64,000 bases of DNA. It comes from Eledone cirrhosa. Its lineage: Eukaryota. Of this stretch, positions 26,232-38,760 are shown in pieces. Position numbers and translations under genes: made by a program. Location of the stretch: contig OZ024740.1 of NCBI GenBank assembly GCA_964016885.1, forward strand, positions 133,486,001-133,550,000, read 5' to 3'. Each line of letters begins with the position of its first letter. Position 1 is the first letter of the stretch. The notes beneath the pieces are model-generated. The model made no database searches. It was not told the DNA's origin and saw nothing but the letters and a program-made list of their open reading frames with translations.

Positions 26232-27982
26232 ATGTCTGCCATTAGCTCTGCCACGCCCCCCAAGTCTGAAGACCAAAAAATAATTACAACAAAATTAGAC
26301 AACGAAACAAACAAGGAAAATGAAAAAACAAATGTTAAGGAAAATGAGCAAACGGAAAACAAACAAACAAAAAACAATACAAATAACAACAGGGCAACTT
26401 TCGCCCAGAAAACAAAACAATCCATAATATACACACCAATTGACTTAACTGCCGCCAGAGAAAAACTGGCCGAAGCGAAAAAACAAATAGTCTTGGGGGA
26501 GAACGGAATGTTTTCCATTAACTCCCCCCCAGAATTCAAGAAAGCCAGAACAGAGAGCACAGTTCTCTTCAGAACTATACTGAACCAGACAAGAAAGCCA
26601 GCACAGCCCAGCCAAATGGAAATAGAGTTGGTCCTAAAAGACTATATGAAGAATATTTTCTTCATACGAAAGGACCGACTCTATGTCATCATTTCGGTCC
26701 TAACAAAAGACAAGGAAACGGCGGAGAAGCTTTCCCTAAGCCCACTCTCATCGACAACATACAGCTTCTATCCCTCCTACATGGGTAGAAGAACACAGAG
26801 AATAAAAGTAAAAACAATGCTGCCCACAATGGACTTCTGGTGGGCTATTGCTGGCTTCATAGACATGGGCGAAGACACAATGCTGTCAATGAGGAAGGCA
26901 ACTGGAGATGCGTTCCTGGGAATGGGCCTCGACATACTAGTCCAAATGAGGCCCGAAAGAATAGCACAAATCCCGGATCGCATCTGGCTGGATGACCTTA
27001 CCCCAATAGACATAATTGTAGAGGGGAGAAGACCAGCATGCTATTTATGCATGGAAAGGGGACACGTTAAAGCTAACTTCCCGAAACGTATCCCCCAAAA
27101 AGGACTATTACCCACACCCACCACAAACAGTACACCAACACCACCCACCTCCAAAAATACACTAATACCACACACAGCAAACAAAATACAGACACCACCA
27201 ACCACAAACACAACACAAACATCACCACCACCATCACCAACCACAAGCACGACACAAACATTACCACCACCACCACAAAACCCATTCCAAACAAATAATT
27301 AAAAAAAACAGTAACAAATCTACCCCTCCCGCAAAAAAAAAACAACCACACAACACGTCCCTCCCACCTAGCGCTGAAGAGTTTCCCCCAACTTCTGAAA
27401 AAGAAGGAGGAGAAGCCTTCAGACAAGTTAAAAGAAAAAAAAGAAAACACACACCCAGCACACCACAAATAACCCACACACAAACACCAACTCCAATCAA
27501 AAACACCCCACCCTCAACAAACAAAAATAAATCTGCGCCTCCCCTCTCCGAAACATTGACAGCATCACAAAAAAAGACGTTGCAATACACATATATAAAT
27601 AAAGAAAACAAAAAACTGGTTAAATTAATATACAATAACCCTATGGTGCAGACCGAAGGGCCAAATTTTATCTCAACAGAGAACTTCACCCATTTAAAAA
27701 TGATAAAGGTCCCTCTGGACCTTTATCGTTCCTTAAAAGAACAATTTAGAGGGGACGTGAGCCCCCCCCCCCTGTTTAAAACCGTTAAATCGCGTCCTCT
27801 TGAATGATTTCCCCATAACCGCCCCTCTCCCTGACACAACTCCAAATACCCCAACCCCACCACACACAGGTACCCCCACACCACCACAAAACATCCCTCC
27901 ACCCAACACACCTGATGCCATGGAAATTACACAACCCGGAGAGGTAGGTGCTTTTCTTTCTTCACTTTCAACACCAAAATAG
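26232..27982 (+). pseudogene. Tx1 ORF1 (frameshifted in homopolymer runs)
   Basis: Homologous to B/E ORF1; CYLCMERGH knuckle. Confidence 0.85.
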
Positions 27983-27987
27983 ATCAA

Positions 27988-30900
27988 TTGAGAGTTGGCT
28001 GTTTGAACGCGCGTGGCCTGGGCTCAGCTTGGAAGCAAGCAAAGCTTCTAAGTGACCTCAGGTCACAAAGTATAGATGTGATGGTTGTTTGCGAGAGTCG
28101 GATCAGCAGCGTGAGACAGCTGGCGCCCGCCTTCGATGACTTTGAGATGCACGCATCTCTCTGTCAACCCGCAGACGGGGGGGGGGGGGAGTTGCCATAC
28201 TGCTGGATAAACGTCTGACTCTCGACGTACAGATTGTTCACTCGGACCCGGGGGGTCGATTACTGGTGCTGGACATCGGAGGCGGTGAAGGCGGGGCTTT
28301 CAGACTGGTCGGTCTTTATGCTCCCTTCGGGGCGGAAAGAGCCTACTTCTTCCAGCGTCTGGAGACTTTTCTAGGAACGTCGCGTTCCCTGCTTTTAGTG
28401 GGGGACTGGAATGGAATCCTAGATGTGCGTTGGGACTATGCAGGGGCATGTCCCGATAGAGGGGGGTGTAGCAGCCTCAAGGGGTTACTCGATCGATTCG
28501 ACCTGGTCGATAGATTTCGACTAGATTGTCCAACTGCGCCAACCTGGACCTGGGCAAACCGCAGTGGACAAGCTAGATCGTACCTAGATAGGTTTTGGGT
28601 TAGAAGTAAGGATAGGGACGTATTTAGTTGTCCAGAACTGATCATGGTTGGCTATTCAGATCACAAATTAGTGACCTGCGTGGTCAACCTTGATAGAACG
28701 CATAGACAGGGTCCCGGTTACTGGAAGATGAACTTGTCCTTGCCGACAAAGAAAGATTACAGGAACCGGATTAGTAGCTTAGTTAAGATGCGGTTGACGG
28801 GAGCGATCGTCAACAGTAGGTGGTGGGTATCTCTAAAGAGAGAGATTAGAGTAAGTTCGATAGGTTACAGTAAGGAACTAGCGGCGAATAGAAATAGGAA
28901 GGAAAGGGAGTTAACAGATAAACTAGAAGAGGCGATTAGGAGCGGAGACGTAGCCAGAGTGTTAGCGGCGAGAACGGCGTTGAGCCAGTTCTTTGACGCG
29001 AAGCACGAAGGCTGCGTTGTCCGAAGTAAAATACGTGCTTTAGGAAACGAGGTGACCAAAGCTGTTAGCTGGGCCCGCGTGACAGAAGCCAAGAGTGGGA
29101 TTAAATCCACCATTCGGTCTTTGCGAGACCAGGATGGACGGGTGATCCTTGAACCTGAGCGGATGTGCGAGGCCTTTCAAAGGCACTTTACTCGACTGTT
29201 CGGAGGGGGCGGGGGGCCGGACGGGGATGTGGACTTCGGTCCATACCACGACGGTCTACCGCGTCTTTCGAGCGGCGAAGCGGAGTGCTGCGAAAGGCCA
29301 ATCACAGCCACTGAAATCGGGGAAGCGCTCAGCCAATGCAGCAGACGCAAATCCCTGGGTCTCGATGGTCTACCATACGAACTTTATTTAGCTATGCCGG
29401 TCTTGTTCTCCGAACTCCTCGAGGCTGTCTATTGCAACTGGCAACAGAACGGGAGAATTCCCTGTTCTGTGACCAAGGGCGTGGTCACGCTAGTGAGGAA
29501 GGACGAGAGCAAGGGGGACGACTTAAGTAACTTTAGGCCCATAACTCTGCTGAATGCAGAGTTACAGATTTTGGCCAAGGTGTTGGTGAAGAGGTTGGCG
29601 CTTGTGGTGGGTGGTTTGGTGGGAGACGCGCAGACATGCGCTATCCCGTCCAGGTCCATTCACGACAACCTCCACCTCATGCGATACATCATAGAGAGGG
29701 TTGGCAACGAACCCGGCTTTGGTGGGGCCCTGATCAACTTGGATCAATCTAAGGCGTTCGATAGGGTCGACCATGGTTACCTGGATGCGGTGCTAGCGGC
29801 GGCGGGCTTCGGACCCGTTTTCAGGGGCTGGATTTCTGCCATGCACAGTGGCAACATCTACTCTAGGATTAAAGTAAACGGCTACCTCTCGGAGCCGTTT
29901 CAAATCACCCGGTCTATCAGGCAGGGGTGCCCCCTCTCCTCCCTTCTGTACGTATTGACTCTCGAGCCACTGCTGCGGAAGTTGGAGTTGCTGCGGGGCA
30001 TACCCCTGGAACCGGGATTGCACAAAGCGGTCTCGGCCTATGCCGACGACGTAACAGTAATGGTGGCGGACGCCTCGGAAATCGGAGCGATCGCCACCCT
30101 ACTGGAGGAATACGAAAGGCTGACGGGGGCTAGGCTGAACCGGGACAAGTCAGTCGGTTTGCAACTCGGAACGTGGAGGGGCAAACCGATGCCGTTAGAC
30201 GGTGTCGTCGGGCGGTGGACGGAGGGCCCGGTGAAGCTGCTCGGGGTCTGGTTCGGACCGGACCTCCAGGTGGAGAAGAATTGGGGCGAGGTGACGAGCA
30301 GGGTGTTTGCGCTGACCCAGAAGTGGGCCAAGTGCAAACTATCACTGAAAGGTCGGGCGGAGGTGACGAACGCTTACATAGCGTCCGTCATCTACTACCG
30401 CCTGACCGTCGTGCCTTGCCCTAAGGAAAAGCTCACCATCATGGAACGCATGCTCTTCCAGTTCCTCTGGAAGAAGCGGCCTCCCATGGTGAGGAGATCC
30501 ATCTGCTGCCAGCACCCTTCGAAAGGAGGGCTGGGTATGCCGTGGCTGTTGATGCGTAGGCACGCATTGAGGCTACGGCATCTACAGGTATTCCTCAACG
30601 GTCAGCCGGTGTGGGCCCCGTTTGTGAGGCGAGCCTTCCCACAGCTCGTCTCGCTCACCGAACTGCAATCCTGGGTGAAGCAAAGACCGAGAAAACTGGG
30701 CAACTGGCACACCGAGTGTGCCCAGGCGCTCACGGCTATCTGGCAAGCGGACCCGACTATCAGTGGAGAATCCACCTCGACATTCTATAGAGGGTTGGTG
30801 GCTAGCAAGGGCGACGACACCCTTGGAGAGTCGCTAGGCATGGAGGAGGACGAACTGGCCAGCCTGTTCGGTAGAACTTTCGGCCCGGGACCCATGGACA

Positions 30901-31420
30901 ACTTCCAGAGGTCCCTAGCCTGGCAGTGTTACCGAGGGGTTCTGCCCGTTCGAGAAAAGCTCTACAGACACGGGCGCCCGGGCAGGGATCCCGCGAAAAA
31001 GATCTGCCCCAGATACGTGCGCGACGAGGAAACCGTTGCGCATGCACTGGTACACTGGCCGGGCGTTGCCGTTTTTAGGGCTACGTCGAACGACTGCTGT
31101 CGCGTGTGGCGCCGATTCGATTAACCGCGGAGTCTGTGGTGAACATCAAACCGCCTCCTCCCTTCAGAAATAAAGCAGAGGCGGTCTTTCTGTGCGTAAT
31201 AGCCATGATGAAAGAGGTTGTGTGGTGGACGCGCCTGAAAGGTCTGAGGTCGGGTGACTTTCTCTCCGGCCATCACCTGGTTTACTTCTTCCGATACCAC
31301 TTCGGAAGAAGGATCAGGATGGAGAGAGAAGTGCTTGGCCCCAGACAGTTTTATGAAAGGTGGGTGAAAGAAGCGAGAATGGCCCGTGTAAATGGGCCTT
31401 CTCTCTACATTGTTCTGTAG
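27988..31420 (+). pseudogene. Tx1 ORF2 APE-RT-CCHC, frameshifts near 28185 and 31075
   Basis: GCLNARGL, VCESR, GDWN, SDHK, KAFDRVDH, QGCPLS, YADD. Confidence 0.95.
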
Positions 31421-31650
31421 GTGAAGAAGTGAAGAGGAAAGGGGGAGCACCTCCTCTCTGGGCTTCCCCCGCGAAAAGAGTTGCACACTTTTCGGGGGTA
31501 TGTGCAATCCCCAACACGCCCCCTCCCTTTTGAGGACTTTTTTTTGTTATATTATTATTGTTATTCCTTTTTTCTTTACTCGATTTATGTAAACTCCCCC
31601 ACTGTGTAAATGTCCCCTTCTTTTGTGCCCTCGTGGCAAATAAATAGAAA

Positions 31651-31662
31651 TTTATCTGTCTG

Positions 31663-31711
<49 letters not shown>
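31651..31711. repeat. (ATCT)n tract
   Basis: Direct reading; separates copies D and E. Confidence 0.95.
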
Positions 31712-31712
<1 letters not shown>

Positions 31713-33178
31713 CATACGATGGACACATGTGCTGAGATCGCTCGGTAAGTTTTGTTTAAATTCATCCGGAAATTGTAAACTGTGAACTTTCATTTTTGTA
31801 CCATTTTGTAGAGGGACTGCCAGGTCAAACTTTGATCTGGTCAGTCTCTCAAAATATTCTACGCCTTTAGGCGAAATAGTTAAACCAAAAAAAAAGTTTT
31901 TTCTAGTTGAAAAGTCAATATTTTTTTTAAATGGCCGAAGCTTCTTCACCAAAATTCGAAGGAGGAAAGGGGAAGATAAACTTACAGCTTCCCCCTGCCA
32001 CTGTCACAGTAGCAGAGGTCAAGAAGAAAGGTCAGCCAGAGGAAGAATTCTCTCCACCTGTTAACCGACAACTTGACGTTGCCATGGCAACAACCCAAAG
32101 AACCAGCGGTACCAGCAACAGCAACAACAACAACAATGCGACGGACGAAAACAACACCAATAACAATAACAACAACAACAAGACCAATAACTGTGACAAC
32201 AACAACAATGATAACAACAACACCACCAACGACAACAACAACACAAACAAACAAAATTTGACCTTCGCCGAGACGACAAGGAAAACCCTCGACTATCTGC
32301 CAGTAGATATAACCAAAGCGAAGGAGCTACTGGCAGATGCGAAAAAATATATAGTGTACGGAGAAAATGGTTCATTCACAATCTATCCCCCCCCCCCCCG
32401 GAACTAAAAAGCCAGAGACTCCTAAACACGGTCATGTTTAGGACAATCTCGAACAAAAGTAAAAAGCCAGCTCAACCATCACAGAGTGAGATAGAGCTGG
32501 TTTTAAAAGACGTCATGAAGGACATCACCTTCATTCAGAAGGATAGACTCTACGGGAGTCTATCCATTCTCATGAAGGACAGGGACACAGCAGTGAAACT
32601 GTCCATCAAACCAATCACATCCACCGCATACACCTTCTACCCTACGTACATGGGTAGAAGAACACAAAAAATAAAAATCCACACCATCCTGCCGATTATG
32701 GACATATGGTGGGTTTTGACAGGTTTCCTGGACCTGGAGGATGACATGCTGGTGTCCATGGGAAAGGCATCGGGTGACGCGTTCAGTGGAACGAGCCTCG
32801 AACTTGTAGTTCAAATGAGGCCCGAAAGGATCGCCCAGATCCCTGAACGCCTCATACTGGATGATCTAACCTTCATCAACATTACCGTTGAGGGTAGACG
32901 GCCCTCGTGTTACCTCTGCGGAACCAGAGGTCACCTGAGGGCTGTCTGTCCCCAACTTAATAAGAAAACCCCAATCCTGCCTACACCACCAACAACTGCA
33001 CAACCAACACAATCACCACAACTACCACTACAGAAACAACCACCACAGCTCAAACCAAAACAAAACAATGTCCAACCCATCCCCTCCACTCAAAAAACAA
33101 AAACAATTTCCAAAACACCCGCACCGCAAACACAACCCGAAAATATACCCCTCCCCTCCAACGCGGAAGATAACCCTA
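31712..33178 (+). mobile_element. Tx1 copy E: 5'UTR + 5' part of ORF1, near-identical to copy B
   Basis: 31965-33178 is the reverse complement of ~23007-21795; intact CYLCGTRGHLRAVC. Confidence 0.92.
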
Positions 33179-36100
33179 TTGTGGTCCAGTTTCCAATTTT
33201 TGCCTCTGTCACTCGGGCCCAGCTAACAGCTTAGGCTCCCTCGTTACCCAGAGCACGTGTTTTCTCCTGACAAAGTAGCCCTCGTGCTTCGCGTCAAAGA
33301 ACTGGTCTAGGGCCGTTCTTGACGCCAGCACGCCGGCCATGTTGCCACTCCTAATCGCCTCTTCTACTATATCTATCAATTCCCTTTCAGTTCTATTCCT
33401 ATCTGATGCTAATTCCTGACTAAAACCTATCGATTCTATTCTAATTTCTCTCTTGAGAGAGCCCCACCACATGCTGTTGACAATTTCCCCCGTCAACCGC
33501 TGCTTAACTACAGTGCTAATCCGCTTACTGTAAGCTTTGATTGTCGGTAAGGACAAGTTTAGCTTCCAGTAACCGGGTCCTTGTCTATGGGTTCTATCAA
33601 GGTTGACCACTCCGGTCACCAATTTGGGATCCGAATAGTCAACCATGAACATTCGTGGACAGCTTAATATGTCCCTATCCTTATTTCTAACTAGGAACCT
33701 ATCTAGGTACGACCTAGATGTCCCGTTTCGATTAGTCCACGTTCACATTGGCACAGTCGGAAAATCTAGTCGATATCTATCGGCCAGATCAAATCGGCTG
33801 ATTAACCGTTTGAGGCTAATACACGCCCCTCTATCGGGACCTGACCCTACATAATCCCAACGTGCATCCAGGATACCATTCGAGTCCCCTACTAAAATCA
33901 AGGAGCGAGACGTTCCCAGAAAAGACTCTAGGCGCTGGAAGAAGTCCGGTCGCAGTGTCCCAGATGGGGCATACACTGCCACCAGCCTGAAGGCTCCACC
34001 TTCAGTACTGCCGACGTCTAGAACCACCAGTTGGCCCCCTCCGAGTCCAGGTGTACCTTCCGTGTTGCGAGGCCCAGGTGTTTTTGCAGCAGAACGATGA
34101 CCCCGCCCCCACCCCCCGGCTGACAGACAGATGCATAGATCTCAAAGTCGTCGAAGAGGGGGGCCAGTTGGTGCTCGCTGCTGATCCTTGACTCGCAAAT
34201 AGCTATCACATCCATTCTGTGCGACCTGAGGTCATTTAAGAGTTTGCCCTGGTTCCAGGACCTTTATAGGCCGCGCACATTTAAACATCCAACTCTTATA
34301 AAAGCCATGTTGGTGGTGAAGTGTTTAGATTGGAGAAAAAGTACTGTACTTCTTCTGGGGACCAGGCTGCACAATTTCTATAGGGGTGTCGGCGGAGTTG
34401 TTTGGTGGGGTGGTGGTTTGGGGTGTGGTGGGATGTCAGTGTCTGGTGGGGTGGGGGTTTATTTGGGATGGGCGGGGTGTCTGGGGTGGTGGTGGGGAAA
34501 CATTTCAAGAGGACGTGGTTGCTAGGTCTAGCACAAAGGTTCCACATGTCCTCGGGAAAGTTCTGTTTGAGCATTGCGTAGGTGTACCTTGGGACCCTAA
34601 TCATTTTTAAATGCAGTTTAGTCGCCGCGTTGGTGGACATTTTCTCTTCGATTTCCACCGAAGGGTCTTTGTCTATTGTTTGCCCAAGGGTTTTGTTGTT
34701 TGTGTTGATGTATGAATACTGCTTTTGTTGTGTTGTGTTTGTTTTTGTTTGTTGTTCTTGTGTGTGTTTGCGTTTTGTAGTATGTGTTATGTTTTCGGGA
34801 GGGGTGGGTTTTTTGTTTGTGATGTTTGTTCTGTTTGTGCTGGTGGCTGTGTGTCTGTTGTATTTTTGTTGATGTGGTGCCTTCTTTTCTTTCTTTTTAC
34901 CGGTTGAAGGTGTTCTCCCTTGTCGTCACTGGGTGACGTTGATAAGGGGTCCTCGTCCGTGTTGCTGGGGAGGGGTATATTTTGGGGTTTTGTTGTGGTT
35001 GCTTTTGTATTTGTTTTAGGTGGGGGGGTTGGGTGGGACAGTGTCTTGTGCTGTTATTTTTTCGTGTTGTTGTTGTTGTGGTGGTGGTGGTGGTTGTGTT
35101 GTTGTGTGTGGGGTGGGCAGAAGCATCTTTTTTTTTGGGGGGGGGGGGCATTTAAAAGTGGGACAGGAAGCCCTCCGGTGACCACTTCTTGAACAGTGGT
35201 AGCATGAAGGCCGCCTGCCCTCAACAGAAATGTTTATGAAGGGGACTTCATCCAGGACACATGCTGCGGTATTCTTGCTATCCGTTCTGGTCTCATTTGG
35301 ACCAGAACTTCAAGGCTATTGCCACCGAATACGCCCCCGGTGGATTCGCCTATCGAAAGGATTGTGTCCTCATCTTCTAAGAATCCCGTTAGCACCCACC
35401 AAGTGCTCACAATTGGCCTGATGCCCGAGATTCTTATCTTTTGAGTTCTTTTTCCCAAATATGTGGGGAAAAAGGTGTATGCTTTGGTTACAATTGGCGA
35501 CACACAATATTTCCGTGCCGCCAATTCATCTTGCATTAAAACAGATATTCTTCCATACAGTTTCCCTTTCTGTATGAAAGCGATATCCTTCCAGGCACTA
35601 CTTAAGACCAGCTCAATTTCGCTTTGGGACAATTGAGCCGGTTTCCTAGTCGCGTTCGAAACTGCCCTAAAAATTACGGTTCTGAGGACTGTGTCCCTTC
35701 TAATTTCTTCAGGGGAGGTAATTGTGAACTCCCCACCTTCCCCGAAACTTACACAATTCCTTGCTTCTTTCAGCAATTTCTTGGCATTCAAGATGTCTAG
35801 TGCCTTGTATGTCTGCGTTTCTCGAACCGCCTGTTCGAAGGAGACTGCAGCTGTGGGTCCGTTTTCTTTCGTGTTGTTATCATTGTTGTTGTTGTTATTC
35901 GTGTTGGTTTGCTTTTTTCCTTTGTTGGTGTTGTCATTATTGCTGTTGTCGGTTGTGTGGTTATTGTCATTGTTACTGTTGTTGGTTGTGTTGTTATTGC
36001 TTTGTTATTCTTGTTTGTGTAATTGTTACTTTTGGGGTTTTCACCAATTTCCACATTTTTTCTTTTGATTCCGTGGTGTCTTTTGCGGGAGTGAGGAGGG

Positions 36101-36372
36101 AAGGATTACAACGTTGTGCTGCTACCTTCTCTCTATCACTTTCCTTGGGGGGCGTGGTATTCGTCGTGTTAATGCCGTCCATTGTCATTAAACGACTTTT
36201 TATCGATAACTTATAACTATCAAATTTCGCCCCAAAGAGGGGCGAAATTTATTTTACCCAACGTCTGCAGTCAAACACAACAAATAACAAGTAGCTTAAA
36301 CAAACCTACCGCTTCTCGTAATAACTTCCGTCAAAATGCAGGAGCGAAACAAAAACACGTCTATCTTCTTCG
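33179..36372 (-). mobile_element. Tx1 copy F: 5'UTR, ORF1 and APE part of ORF2, 3' half absent
   Basis: ORFs 35234-35791 (ORF1), 34018-34215, 33743-34027, 33209-33652 (APE); (GATA)n immediately upstream. Confidence 0.9.
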
Positions 36373-36374
36373 AT

Positions 36375-36397
36375 ATAGATAGATATGTTTCTTTAAT

Positions 36398-36438
<41 letters not shown>
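36375..36438. repeat. (GATA)n tract at the edge of the Tx1 array
   Basis: Direct reading. Confidence 0.92.
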
Positions 36439-36439
<1 letters not shown>

Positions 36440-36536
36440 TGGGGGGGGGGGGGCAATTAGACAGGCAAATGTGTAGCCTATATACAAAAAAGACTGTCAA
36501 ACATAATATAATGTTAACCATATGGTCACTACATTG

Positions 36537-36717
36537 TAATTGTTTCTACTTTAGGAACAAGGCCAGCAATAAACCAGTGTATTACTGGTACTTTATTTTA
36601 TCGACCCCGTAAGGATGAAAGGCAAAGTCAACCTCGGCGGGATTTGAACTCAGATCGTAAAGGGACGTAACTATGCTGGAAAGCATGGCGTCCGACCCTC
36701 TACCGATACTGCCAACA
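36537..36717 (-). mobile_element. tRNA-derived SINE
   Basis: Minus strand: A box TGGCAGTATCGG, B box GTTCAAATCC, then gcctttcatccttacggggtcgataaaataaagtacc; multi-copy in the window. Confidence 0.88.
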
Positions 36718-37721
36718 TTATAATATTCATTTATCATATTCTTCACCTATGCCAAAGTCGTTTGAGAAGCAATAACGGTTTCTGTCGTATTACTCGAGTT
36801 TCCTTTTTCTCGCTTCACACACTTTTTGCTTCAGAAATATATTTAAGCGATTGCTTATATATACGTTTGTTTGGATCTTTGTTTTTATTTGTCTCCTTGT
36901 TTTGTTTCCATAGAGAGCTCATGGCTGTTTTTATATCAATTGGGTGGCGTGGTGGCAATTTTTTATTTGTTTTATTTGTCCTAAATGTACTCTACAGAGA
37001 ATTGGCAGAATATACTATTACATCTTCTCGCTAATTTGAAAGGAGTCGTCTCCGCTGTCGCTGCAGCAGCTGATTCCATTATGAAAGTGCTGTTCCATTT
37101 ACGGAGTAAGTGAGTAGTATCCTACACGACACTAGCTGTCACATAGGTTAATTTTCCATTCACCAGTTGAATGCATTTGTGTGTTTACGCTGCATGTTAT
37201 TGTAGTCCTTGCCTGTGAAAAGCAATAATTTACTTTCCTTTAAATATCTTAAGAGTATGAACGAAATCTGTCACATTTATATAGTACTTTAATTGAATTT
37301 TATTCCCTCGAAGCTTTTTGCCGGACGTTTTGAATTGATATTCAATATCTGAATCGTTTAGACGCTCAACTTACTTGAATACTGCACTGACCTCTTACAT
37401 ATCCCAGCTTCCGTTACTGTAGATACATTAGGCGTTAATAAAAATCACTGGACTCCACACCCCTTAACCTTAATTGTCGTTCTACGATAGAAATTGCAGG
37501 GAAAGAATAAAGTGCCATGCCTATAATAATAAGATAAGCAACATTCCTGTCTGTCTCAATTCACTATACAAATTACTTTAAAAGCTAGAATAATACCTGC
37601 CACCACCACCCAGTATATTGATACACACACACATGAACGTATATATATATATATATTTATATGTAGATATACACATATAATAAGAATATTTATATTTATA
37701 TAGGTTTGATATAACTATAAA

Positions 37722-37887
37722 TATGTAGGGTAGTACTAAGTACTAGCCGGTTACCAGTATGACAAAAGGCTCAATACAAATTTTCAAGTGTTTTACAGAG
37801 CCGAGATACAAAGTGTTAAAACGATCAAATTTTAGTTTAGAACATTAATGTTCAAAACTAAAATTTGATCGTTTTAACACTTTGTAT
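37722..37887 (-). mobile_element. Fold-back mini-element (hairpin 37806-37887 + one-sided tail)
   Basis: 82-bp palindrome with one mismatch, centred on gaacattaatgttc; ends in TA repeats. Confidence 0.7.
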
Positions 37888-38296
37888 ATACACATATATA
37901 TATACAAATATATATGTATATATACACACACACACAAACATTACATACATATATACTTACATACACACATACGTACATACATGATGGCTGCCTCCTCGTT
38001 ATCGAATATGGCCATTGCACGATATACCATTATTAATAATTATTAATTAATTAAGTGAGGAAATACTGTGCACTGAGCAATTCCCACTCTCTGAGCGACA
38101 GTAGCTATAACCCGAAAAGAAGAAAAGATCAACATCATCGGTAACTACTGAGCGACAGGTTTTATATTGGAGTTATCCCAGTTTCCTGAGTTGCCTTCTC
38201 CTAGAAGAATGCCCTGACAAAGACTAGGGGTCCTTCACTCCCAGTGGTTTAACCGCGCGATCGGGTGTCCAGCCCGACTATTTCTATGTCTCCGCG

Positions 38297-38378
38297 CATA
38301 CATACATGCATACGTACATACATACATACATACATACATACATACATACATACATACATACATACATACATACATACA
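38297..38378. repeat. (ACAT)n microsatellite
   Basis: Direct reading. Confidence 0.95.
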
Positions 38379-38760
38379 TGAAAGAGTACTGGTGGAATTT
38401 TCCAGTAAAAACCCCAATAAAATGCAGGCATAACAGACCAGATATTATGATATGGGACAGGGAAAAGAAGGCATGCGCAGTAGTGGAAGTTAGCTGCCAA
38501 GCAGATGCCAATATAATATCAAAGATTAGCGAAAAGGAGAACATTTATGGTGAACTGATGAGAAATCTGCAGATACTCCACCCTGATTATACCTTCAGAT
38601 TTATGCCTGTGATTATTGGGGCACTTGGATATGTTAGTAACTGCCTCAATACAAATCTTGAGAAGCTGGGCTTCACAGGAACAGAAAGAACACAATTAGT
38701 TAGGAAATTACAAATACAATCCATTAATGGAACAGTAAAAATATGTAAAACAAAACTGTT
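38378..38760 (+). mobile_element. 5'-truncated RLE non-LTR retrotransposon (second R4-like family)
   Basis: EYWWN..HNRPDIMIWD..VVEVSC..EKENIY..PVIIGALG restriction-like endonuclease. Confidence 0.85.

Larger units (their letters stand above)
26230..31650 (+). mobile_element. Tx1 copy D, most complete element
   Basis: ORF1 from 26232, ORF2 27988-31420 (952-aa open stretch 28266-31124), 3'UTR, AATAAA, (ATCT)n tail. Confidence 0.95.
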
